The notes under the pieces: generated by a model
The model's input: the letters and a program-made list of their open reading frames with translations, nothing else
The model's database searches: none
What the model was told of the DNA's origin: nothing
NCBI GenBank assembly: GCA_010015805.1
Contig: ML978126.1
Location: forward strand, 496,001-560,000
Direction: 5' to 3'
Origin: Rhizodiscina lignyota
Taxonomy: Eukaryota
DNA: 64,000 nt
Program-made: the position numbers and the translations under genes
Shown here: one piece after another, positions 37,669-49,067 of the stretch
How positions within the stretch are numbered: the first letter of the stretch is position 1
Layout of the letters: each line of letters begins with the position of its first letter

Positions 37669-38726
37669 TCAAGCTGGCCATCTCCTGCCTTTGGTTGGGC
37701 AGACATATGTGCGCAGGAAATCGTCGACGGCTTGGAAGTAGCCCGGCTCGGCAACTGTATCGTTGTGTGTGCCCTCAGGCAGCTCATGCCAGACTTTCGG
37801 TTCACTTCGACAGATCTCGTAAAGCGTTCGCATGTGTGACGGCCTGAGAGAATTAGCCTGCCAGCCATAATGAAACTGGGATGAGCAAACGGAACATACG
37901 GAACAATCTCATCCTTCAGGCCGCTCAAGAACAAGATCGGGATATCTGTGATTTTAGGGAGCATCTCCTCAGTCGGCCAAATCTGGTGGCATAGCGGTGC
38001 TAGGTATCGTGCTGGAGGAAAGGCACTAGAAGTAGTTATGAGTATAATTTTCTCTGCATTCAAAAAAGGGAATACGCACCTGGGTATCATTTTCTTAATG
38101 CTCAAGAACGTGTTCTCGAGGATCATGCCAGCAATTTGCCCCTTCCATTTCTCATTTTCCCTTGCCTCTTTCTGAGCTCTTACTACTAGGCCGGTTCCAA
38201 CCGCGCCACCTAGGCTCTGTCCATACACGACCACCTTCGTGTCTCGCAATTCTTGACTGTTACGGATCCAGTCTAGCCCTGCTTGCGCGTCGATGTTTAA
38301 ACCTTTCTCATTTGGTGTGCCGGAGCTCAGTCCATATCCGCGATACTGGACCATCAGGACTGAGCACGCGAGCTCATCGTGAAGGACTCGGGCGATCGGC
38401 AACCTATATCCAATATTGCCCGCATTCCCATGAAACATCAAGATCGTGACGTTTCTCGCTCGCGCCGGATTTGCAGGCCGTATATGGAATGCGTGTAACT
38501 TCTCTCCATCAGGCGTGTCAATGTATACCTCGTCGGCGCAATGTGAGGGGATGTGGAACTCTTCAGGCTGCGGGACGAGGCTGCGCGCATTTGCAGGGAC
38601 GTTGCGCGGATAGATGATTTCGTTCTGTTTGAAGTATAGGAGGCCGGAAAGTAAGACAGCGATGCCGGACGAACCGATCAGAGAGACGCGCAACGCGTTA
38701 ACGACGTTGTTCATGTAATATGACAT
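37669..38726 (-). CDS. BEM46: Bem46/ABHD13-family alpha/beta hydrolase, 2 introns
   Basis: N-terminal TM + LYFKQNEIIYP, FHGNAGNIG, YRGYG, GQSLGG nucleophile, ENTF, DEIVP, HNDT. Introns 38026..38079 and 37844..37899. Confidence 0.9.
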
Positions 38727-39373
38727 TGTGGTGGAGCTGGGCGCAATGTGATGCTCGCGCCGTTCAGGGTTTTGAAATTGACTATGTTGCAGTGTATGCC
38801 CAGGGATATCTAGGACATGCGATCGCAGTGATGCATATGTAGGAGAGACAGGAGATGAGGATATGGGGGAGGCGAGATTTAAAGCGAAGATCGTTTGGAC
38901 AGGAGGCGGTGCCAGCCTGCTTTCCCAAAAGAAGGTGCAGCGCAGGGAGCGGCGGGGTTGTTTCGAGGCCAATGGGCGATGTTGCAATTAGAGTATGGGA
39001 TTAGAAGCTGTGTCTTTGCGCAATAATCATCCTCGTGGGAAAGAGTTGAATTGACAGAGAAGCACGGGGGAAGTGCTGCGCTTGTGAGCCGTTCCCGCAT
39101 CGGGGCGCGGTGGAGCAACTTCAGCCAACTTGGAGTTCATCACTGGCATGCGGGATGGCCCGTGCGCCTCGCTTTCGGGAGCTCAAAGTTGAAGCGCGCG
39201 TCAACCTTGACTGCCTGTTGAGCTTCAGAGCTTCTGCACGGCAACGAAGTCGTTTCTCACACAGCTCAACAACAACCTCTTCAACCAGTTGCCTCTATAG
39301 CTCCCCCCAGGACCAAGTCAAAAGAGTTCTGAGAACGCTTTTAGAAGCTAGATTTGCAACTAAGCAGTCAATC

Positions 39374-40305
39374 ATGCAGCGAACGGGGATGCTGAGGGAA
39401 GGTACATGATTCCAGAAGTCCGTCAAAAGCTTTCTGAAGCTCACAACGAAGCAGATGGGATCCACGTGGATATGGATCACCTAAAGAAGGGCGAGGTCAA
39501 GTGAGTTTGAGTTAATCCGGCATCTGTTGATCCACTGCTAATCCATCTCTTCCAGCCTGGGCACATCTATGTATGTCATCGAACAGCCTCTGCGACACAA
39601 GCAGTCCCTTCGTCTTATGATACGCGGGTCTCCTATATCTAACGGTGTATAGCATGGCCATCAACTTCCGAGACGGTGTGATATTAGGTGCGGACAGTCG
39701 GACAACCACAGGCGCATACATTGCGAACCGCGTCACGGACAAGCTCACACAGGTGCACGATACGATATGGTGCTGCCGATCAGGTTCAGCAGCAGATACA
39801 CAGGCTGTGGCGGATATTGTGCAGTACTACCTGGGCATGTACGGCACTACCAACAATGAGGCTCCAACTACTCAAACGGCCGCCGCACTCTTCCAGGAGA
39901 TCTGCTACGAGAACAAGGACCAACTGAGGTAGGCGATATCAGCATATTCTCCAATATGCAAATGGATGCTGACTCGGTGATAGCGCTGGTATGATCATCG
40001 CCGGCTACGATCATCGACATGGAGGCCAAGTCTACTCCATTCCTCTGGGCGGTTCGCTCCACAAGCAGTCGTATGCCATCGGTGGCTCTGGATCGACGTA
40101 CATCTATGGTTACTGCGACGCCAACTGGAGGGAGGAGATGACTCAGGAAGAGGGCATAGACTTTGTCAAAGGCTCCTTGCAGGAGGCAATCAAATGGGAT
40201 GGCAGCTCCGGTGGAGTCATTCGTATGGTTGTGCTGACGGCGAAGGGTGCTCAGAGGCACCTGTATCTTCCGGATACTGGCTACAAGGGCCCTGGCGAGC
40301 AATGA
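39374..40305 (+). CDS. PRE3: 20S proteasome beta1 subunit (4 introns)
   Basis: Spliced [43 protein letters not shown]...[10 protein letters not shown]...IGGSGS...WDGSSGG. Confidence 0.95.
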
Positions 40306-41104
40306 GAGGTGCATTGAACTGGATTGCATACGTGCATGGCGTCACAGGTTTTACAGCAGGCTACCTCCAGCAAAGAGAGTCTTGTGATTGACTTCGCTTC
40401 CGAGAAATCAACCCGTTTTCAGTTTCACATTTCAAAGTGTATGCGATTCTAGACATCGAAAACTGTGCGGAAGTCTTGAAAAGACTTTTTTATGCCAGGC
40501 ATTCCCTCTGATAGTGCTATCGAGCACTCATAAAGAGTGCAATCATTGCGTAGCCGCGCTTCAGATGTAAAAATCCAGCCACATGTATAAATCTCTCGTC
40601 GAGAGATGCCATTAAGTTGACCTCTCGTTCGCAAAGAACTGTTCCGCAGCATCTGGTTAACATGCAGCTGGAGTCACCTCAATGGTGCCGCTAGGGTCTC
40701 ATTTTGAGTAATGCTGTCTACATTATCGTAGAGTCTATCGGCGGAAAACCGTTAACGCCGTTGACGTCGAGCTTATTCACTCAAGTAATCTTCAGATGAA
40801 GAAGTTGTGAAAATTTCAGGATCCCAACGCAATTTGTAACGGGCAGACTGATTACCTACAAAGGAAGTCCTGCACAACCTTTGAAATCTATCCCTCAGTT
40901 TCTGATTGGTTGTTGCGTTTCACTGCCTGCTGCTTACTCTATTTGACATGGAGAGATCCAGAAGCTAAATCTTCACTTCAAGGAAGTAAAAACTTGAGCT
41001 CCTTTGCAGAGTCGTTGTCAATAAATAAGTCTCCTTCGAACTCCCTCACCAGAATTGTCTTCAAAAACTCTCTACACAAATCTCAAAAAGCAAGTTCAAG
41101 ACAA

Positions 41105-42055
41105 ATGGCACCCTCAGTTCTCCTCATTGGTGCGTCAGGCGCCTTTGGTCGCCCTCTAGTCGAAGAATTCATAAATCAGCTATCCAAGTTTGACAAAGTC
41201 GGTATCCTCGCCAACCCTTCCAAGGTGTCCAAGTTTGCAAATGTTGCGTCGCGCGGTATCCACGTCGTCCCAGGCTCATTTGTCGACCCAAAGTCGTATG
41301 CCGGGTACGACGCGGTGGTTTCACTCGCTGGCAATGCCATTATGCGCTTGCAGCCTGCTATGATTGACGCTGCCATTGCCGGGGGCGTCACTCACTTCTA
41401 TCCGTCCGAGTATGGGTCGGACGTCGCACAGGAAGCGCTGAAGGAGTTTCGGTACTTCCGCGACAAGCGTGTCGTGCGTAACCACCTGGTTGCCGCGGCA
41501 CGAGCCCATCCAGACTTCCGATATACACTCATGCTTACCGGCCCGTTTACGGAGTGGACGATTGACAAGGTCTACAGCGTCTACCAGGACGACAAGAAGG
41601 TGGTGACATACGGCAGACCAGATGCTCCCATTGATGTGACGAGCATTCCAGAGTAAGTGGCCCGGATGCCAGCAGATAACCTATCACATGCTAAATCTCG
41701 CAGCATTTCGAGGTACACTGTTCTTTCTATTCTGCTTCCCTTTGTATCGGGGCAGCAAAAGCGCGAAATACGCGTCGTGGGCGAGAGTACCACATTTCAA
41801 GGTCTCATCGACGTTCTTGGCGAAGTCGAAGGGAAAGCGTACCAGACGACGTATCTGCCGGCAGATGAAGCGCTCGCAGAGCAAGAAAAGGCTCGAAAAG
41901 CTGAAGACGAAGAAGCCGAACTGGCTTGGAGTTTGAGAACACTTGGTGCAGGTGGCTTTGCGATTGTGCCCGGGCCTTTGGACAATGCACGCTTCGATTT
42001 TCCACCAGAGTCAGTGAGAGAGACATTTGAGAGGGTCTTTCCCCGAGAGCAATGA
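41105..42055 (+). CDS. NmrA/isoflavone-reductase-like atypical SDR (intron 41653..41703)
   Basis: IGASGAFG, IDAAIAGGVTHFYPSEYGSD, GPFTEW, TSIPDISRY motifs. Confidence 0.88.
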
Positions 42056-42663
42056 ACCTGAGAATTGAAAGATGTGGTATGTCTAGCCATGGCGTCTAAG
42101 GATACGGTGTAGGGGTTGTTGATAGTACTAGGCGTTTTGGGAGATGAATGTCTATGGCAGCCAGGCTTAATTGAACACGCTGAGTTAAGAGAATGCTTTA
42201 GGAGCATGAATATGATAGCAATTTGATCAGGATTTGCGTCTGAAGAATCTGAACTTGCCGAGAAGCGAACTCGACGAAGCATCGCCAAGTTATCCCGCCC
42301 GCCCCCGGAGCGGAACCCCCCACTCCAACCTCACTCCTCTCTTGGCGCTTCTGTCCTCAATGAAGTTTCCTCTCTCAAAATGATTCCAGAAAAAAGGTCG
42401 ACTATACTCGTATATATTGCTTACAAGAAGGAAAATAGAACGGGCTGCTTGGGAGCTAGAATTGGGCGAGATGATGATCACGCGGGGAGTGGAGGCGGAA
42501 CCCGCCCGCGGGAGCGGGGCCCGGAGTTAATGCACTGGAAGTGCTTATCGATAACAGGCGCGCTAGCGCGACTGCCTTTTAGGATCTCGCGAGATCCATC
42601 CTTCTACATCCCCTTCACTGCTCCCAAGCAACCAGTCGCATCCGCTTCCACGCCATTTCGAAC

Positions 42664-45600
42664 ATGGCGACGTTGGTTGCCGAAGCTTCCGTTTTAGATG
42701 GCGCTGTTAGCCTGGGCATACTTCGAGGATCGTTTACTTCGCATCCGAATGCGCTTCGCAACGAGTCTGGACCGCCCCAGAAGAAGCAGCGCTTGAGCCT
42801 GAGCAAGGGCGGCAGCGCACTATCGCAGGAGGAGGAAGATGGGACGTTCCCAGATGATGTGGTGCTGGCGCAGTTCCTAATCTCGCTGGTACGTCTTCGT
42901 GTGGAGTAGATCAAATTGTACTCGCTAATTTCATTTCCCAGCAATATGACCACGCGAGCCGACCACCACATCGATCTGTAGCCAACGGAACCGTACCTAT
43001 ATTCTTGAATGAGATAAAAGAAGTTGAAGGGGATGCATATGTCGTTTGCATCTCTCCGCGGACAAACAGGTCTATATCGTATGAAGTGGTCCTGCAGTCC
43101 AAGGCCGACACGTTGGAGCCGGTTGTGGCACACCTGGAAAGAGTTTGCCGCCTGTTTCAGACGCCTTCAAAGGGGCGCAGTGTACCTGCTTGGGCACCAT
43201 GCCGGCTTATCTTCCGTGGCGACGACGTGCGATTGGAGATTTCCATACTCTGGCGCAAAGGAGTTGCCTCGGTGAACGTGCCAAATACCCCGAAGCAGTG
43301 CCTTGAATTACTCTCGGCATATGTTCCGGATGTAAAACATGGATCGGATGTGGCGTGGTCACTGTCCGACTTCTACGATAATGTCCACGTGCCGCCCAGA
43401 GATATGACTGTCCCTCAGAGAATCCGCGAAGTGGACTTGGAATGTGATCTGTATCCATTCCAACAGAGAGCAGTTGACTGGATGCTGAAACGCGAATGGA
43501 AGACCAATGCTCTTCCGTCTTGTTTTCGAGTCGTTGAAGACTGCCTTAGCCGCAAGTATCACTTCAGCAACGTTCACGGCTTGTTCTTGGACGAAGAGCC
43601 ATCCTTTCTGGAAGTGCAAGGCGGTATACTTTGTGAGGAGATGGGTCTGGGTAAAACCGTTGAGCTCCTCGCTCTCATATCGCTCAATCGTCGCGACCCA
43701 ACCAAGGAGCAGCGGATCGATCCAAATCTCACAATATCTTCCGCGACCCTGATCATCACACCTCCGCATATACTTCAACAATGGCAGGGAGAAATCTCGC
43801 GCCATGCTCCGCACCTGAAGGTTTTGAACTATACCGGCCTCCAAGCCGAGCATAGGAACACAAAGCATCAGTCCGAAGTCGAGGATTTGCTACAGTACGA
43901 CATTGTCTTAACGACATACAACGTACTTTCACGGGAGATACACTATGCCGAACGCCCTCCAGAGCGTAACTTGCGCCACGCGAAGCAGTACGAGGCTCGT
44001 CGAAGTCCACTTGTGCAAATCTCGTGGTGGAGGGTGTGCCTCGACGAAGCGCAGATGATCGAGAGCGGAGTAACCAAAGCTGCCATTGTCGCAAGACTCA
44101 TTCCACGGTGTAATGCGTGGGCAATTACTGGAACACCGTTGAAGAAGAACATCGAGGATTTATTTGGTCTGATTCTCTTTCTAGGACTCGAGCCCTTCTG
44201 CGCCTCTAAGAAGGTCTGGAGTCGGGTTGACAAACCGTTGTTCAAAGAAATCTGCTCTACTATCGCCCTCCGCCATACGAAGGACTTGATCCGACAAGAA
44301 CTTCGTCTTCCACCGCAGAAACGCGTGGTGATCACCATGCCATTTACAGCCATCGAAGAGCAGAACTACTCCCGTCTTGTCCAAGAGATGTGCGACGAGT
44401 GTGGCCTGACTCCAGATGGTGCCCCGGCCGTGGATGACTTGGATCTTGAGTCTCCAGGTCTAGTAGAAAAGATGCGTGGCTGGCTCCGCCGACTTCGACA
44501 AACATGTTTGCACCCACAGGTTGGAGGCCGGAACAGGCGGGCTCTTGGCCGAGGCAATGGACCTTTGAAGAGCGTCAATGAGGTACTCGAGATCATGATC
44601 GATCAGAATGAGACCAACCTTAAGGCTGAGCAACGACAAGTCGTACTCTCTCAGGTCCGCCACGCTCACATTATTGCCAACAATAACAGCGAAAGCATTA
44701 CAGATAGGTGGAGCACGGCCCTCGATATGTACACGGCTGCCTTAAAGCAAGCTAGCGGCTTTGTGGACGTCATCAGGACCGAGTTGGCTGCAGAGAAGGA
44801 GAAAGAGTCTGCTGCAACAGTTTTGAAGGACCCAGAGAGCTCGAAAGACGGCTCCAGCTCTGAGACAGAAGCTGAGGAAGAGAAGCAGGATAAGAACAGT
44901 CGGCTAGCTGTTCTCCAGAAGACGCTTCGAGCTGCACTTGAAGTGCTCCATGTTTGCGCTTTTTTCGTGGGTACTGCTTACTTCCAGCTGAAGAGCGATG
45001 AGAACAAGATAAAGCCAGAGTCTGAAGATTTCCATCGCCTCGAAAAGCTCGAGATGGAGTTCTACGATGAGGCAAAGAGCATGAGGAAAGAAATGCTTCG
45101 AGAGTGGCACGACGCTGCACAACGTCTGATGCGCAAAGTCTCCTCACGACGCAATTCCAGGAGCATTCCAAAGATACCATCGCTCAAGGACTTCGGAGGC
45201 ATCGAGAGCCGCAAGTTTCTCGAAAAGTTTGATGATCTTAGTGAGATGCTCGATAGGCAGACTCTGCAGGTCGAGAAATTGCGCTCGAAAGCGACAGAGT
45301 ATCTATTGCTCAACCTTGTGGATGAGGATGAAGGTGTCGAAACGACTGGCGACGAGTACGAGGATTCTACAAAGAAGCAGGATGAGCTGTACGCCTACAT
45401 TACCGCACTTCGAGCAGCTGTCAGTGATCGCCATCGCCTCCTGACTGGACAGTCCAACTTCCTCATTGATAGTGAAATCAAGGAGGCACTGAAACTAGCG
45501 AAAGAGGGAGAAGGACACGCCCCTGAGCTCTTTTTGCAACTCATGGACGAACGTCAGAAGCTCCTGCCGAAGACCGATGAAGATTCCTTAAGGGCCATCA

Positions 45601-47194
45601 TTTCGCAGATCCGGGGAACAGTGACCACGTTGCAATGGCAGAGCGACGGCGGATCTTCCCGCGCGGGCTCTGAACTTAGCATCGTAGAAGCACAGCTGAA
45701 AGAAACGCAGCAGATCTCTTCGACACAGGTCAGACTTGTCGGTGAGCTGGAGAAGGACCTTGAACTTTTTACCAAGACAATGAACCAGCGACTGGAGTTT
45801 TACAGACAGCTACAGATCATCTCCGACACAGTTGCGCCGTACAAAGAAGACCTGGATGATACGCTGGACCTCCGGGCATTGCAGAAGCAACAAGAGGAGC
45901 AAAACAAGAGCGACCAGAAACTGGCAACTCTTACCACCAAGCGGAGGTTTCTGATGCATCTGCAGAACGAATCGACGAGTCAAGAGGCACGCATGTGCGT
46001 CATCTGCCAGAGTACTTTCGAACTTGGAGTTCTTACGGTTTGCGGTCATCAATACTGCAAGGAATGCATTAGACTCTGGTGGCGCGAGCATCGAAATTGT
46101 CCGGTTTGTAAGCGCAACTTGCATCTTGTGGACTTCCACGACATCACCTACAGACCCGACGAGCTTCGCGCCGAAGAGGAGAATAACCCCTCTCCATCGC
46201 CCTCAAAGTCTGACTCGGGTTCACCCCGAACTTCGGCGACATCGATTTACTCTGACATGAACGCCAATACGCTCATAGAGATCAAGTCTGTCGATCTGAA
46301 TGGCTCGTACGGAACCAAAATCGACACTATCGCGAAACATCTTCTCTGGATACGAGAACACGATCCAGGCTCAAAGTCGCTCATCTTCTCCCAATACCCT
46401 GATTTCTTGCAAGTGCTCGGAGGTGCTCTTCGACATTTCAAGATTGGGTATAGTAGCTTCAGCGACAAGTTGGGAGTGGAGAAATTCAAGAAAGACGCAT
46501 CTGTTGAGACCATCTTGTTGGATGCAAAGTCGGATTCATCGGGCTTGAATTTGGTCAACGCTACGCACGTCTTCCTATGCGAGCCCTTGATTAACACAAC
46601 GATCGAGCTGCAGGCCATTAATCGCGTGCATCGAATTGGGCAGCAGCGCCCGACTGCGGTGTAAGTGATCTTTTTATCGTTTGGTTTTCGCCCAAAAAAT
46701 TTGTGATGTTGATCTTTCTTGATGCGACAAACATCAAGTTTGTTCTCATTGTCCGCAGCTGTGCTTTCAGTGGTTACAAGCACCAAGTTTTGCTAACTCC
46801 TCACAGATACATGTACCTCATTTCAGACACTGTCGAGGAGAGTATCTATGACATCTCCGTATCACGACGTTTGGCCCACATGGGTGGTAAAGGATCCACA
46901 CAGGTGTCACGCTCTGGCACACCTTTTCCACAGCTGCAGGAAACAGCACTGGATGCCGCAAACACGCTTGAGCTCCAGCAAGCTCCGATATCGACGCTGT
47001 TGGTCAAAGGCAGAAGTGGTGGGGAAGTCGTGGAACAGGAGGACCTCTGGGGTTGCCTGTTCGGCAAGGTTAAAGGTCGTAGAGAAAAGGTGAGTGGGGA
47101 AATGGCTAGGGAGGTTGACCGGTTCCTTCGTGCAGAAGCTGCAGAGTCTAGACGCGCTCAGAACGCAGCTCAGGGCATGCTCGATGGAGCTTGA
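42664..47194 (+). CDS. IRC20: SNF2-family helicase / RING E3 ligase, Irc20/SHPRH-like (introns 42889..42941, 46661..46806)
   Basis: LYPFQ, GGILCEEMGLGKT, LDEAQ, ITGTP, LRQTCLHPQ, long helical insert, C3HC4 RING (CVIC...CGHQYCKEC...CPVC), SSGLNL, QAINRVHRIGQ. Confidence 0.9.
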
Positions 47195-49067
47195 GCTGGC
47201 ACTATTCCGTTTTATGGCATCGTACGCGCTCACGCGACGCGATCTGGCAGGCAAATTTGGAGAGCCTGCAGTTTTTTCTTTCAGAGTCTAACTAGCTACT
47301 CACGAGGACGCTTCGTCTCCTATGCATATAGCTTTCACCTCCAATGAAGGTGCAGCCTGCATCTATCCAGGGCTAATCTCAACGCTCTGTCAATGACATT
47401 GCTGCACTTCATCTGAGCAAGTTTGCGAGCTCCCGCATGATTTTCAGATTCCCCACAGTTAATCATCAGAAGCTCCAGGTCACAGCGTATCCGCCTTTCA
47501 ACTCCGTTGGAAACACAAGAATGAATCGCCAAGGGTGGTGTACAGCTGGAATTGCAAGGGACATGATGCCATCCCGCCGGCACATGCATGAAGCCCGACA
47601 CAGACACTTGGCCGAATTTGAGAGATGGAAGCACACCCTTTCGCTCGCCTCGTTTGCCCGAATATGACACTGTACTTTGCACCATAATCACTGCACATGC
47701 TGACAATGGATGATTTATCGTGCTTGAGGGGCAGAGCAAGTGAACAAGCTTTTGCCAGCGAAAGCTTGTCTGAGGATCCGACCCGTCGGAGGCCCCCAAG
47801 GAACACCGTTACTCGCCTTGGACCCAATCGCAAGGCATCGGGACGATGAGGCAGACGTGTATACCATGCGCGCACGTTTGCAAAGGCATTCCTTTCGATC
47901 CTTGTGCAACTCCAGGCGGCCTTCGTTTTCCACCACGGAAAATCGCTTGGCCTGGGAATATGGTGCGGACTGGAGACAGCATCGCCGGCCATGCCCGCCT
48001 GGGAGGGCTCGCATGGTTAGGAGGCGCGTCAAGGGCGTCGCAGCCAATGGGTCGGCGGAGCGCAGGCCACTATTTAGGACGACGCCCGACCGAAGTCAAC
48101 TCGCTGAGCTGGGGCTCAGAGACGCGAGACAAGCTTTCCCACGCCGGCTGTAGGTTAGATCCAAGCTTTAACTGTACGGAGGGCCAGACCACTTTGCTCC
48201 CACCTTCCAGCCTCTCACGCACGCCTCGTCCTCGTTGCTGTGATCGTCTGGTTGTTTTCTCTCGGCGCCCGCGCCCCACCTGCGAACAGCCCCTCGCTGT
48301 ATGTACGGTTACATACTCGGAACTCCAAAAAAGCAACAGCCCGTGCCTACGCTGCTTGGCAACGACCTCATCTGCCAAGCGTTTATGCATTGAGCACTGT
48401 GCCATCAGAGACCTCAGATATCGCATCCAAAGTACGTCCAAAGTCCCCTTCGCTCGCCCCATTCCCCGGTCGCGTTCAGTCCCCCCTTGTGGCAGAGCAG
48501 GCGCGCTTGCTTCTAGAAGCCATCGTTAGAAGCGTCGCGCCGTCGCATCACACCGCCGCAGCGAAACGCGCGTACCCCGTTAGAGCCTCTTCGTTTCCAG
48601 TCGGAAACAAAATGGCCTTCATCAGCGCTTCCCCACAGACCTGCGCCCAAGACACGTCTCTGTCCAAAAGCTAACGACCAAGAAGACTCTCGCGCCTTCA
48701 CTGATCTCCCCGACAAAGTTGCTCTGAGTCTCCCGCAGACGCCGTGGGCCGAGTTAAGGAACCCTCGTGAATCTCACGCTTTGCCGACAGTCGCCTACGG
48801 AACACTCAGGACCTCGACTCTTAACATTCTTAGCGCTGTCGATTCGTTCAGTGCAAACAGACCTACGTTCCACAAGTTTCCAAGCGAAAGGCACTACCTA
48901 CCTATCCCCTCGGCAACGTGACGATACTTGCACCCTCATCCACACCTTGATCCCTCGGAACCCAACACACGATCCTGTAGAGGAGGCGGCTTTCATTGAG
49001 CGGGCGATAGTTACAACCACGGACCTGCTGCGGTACGCCGCATAATGTCGGCAGTTTTGACGACAGC

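Noticed and set aside
37641..38987. 448-aa ORF as the literal BEM46 protein
   Set aside because: It includes 5' UTR and intron read-through; the spliced model 38726..37669 restores the catalytic His.
16424..40305. RPT4 and PRE3 as a proteasome gene cluster
   Set aside because: 22 kb apart with many unrelated genes in between.
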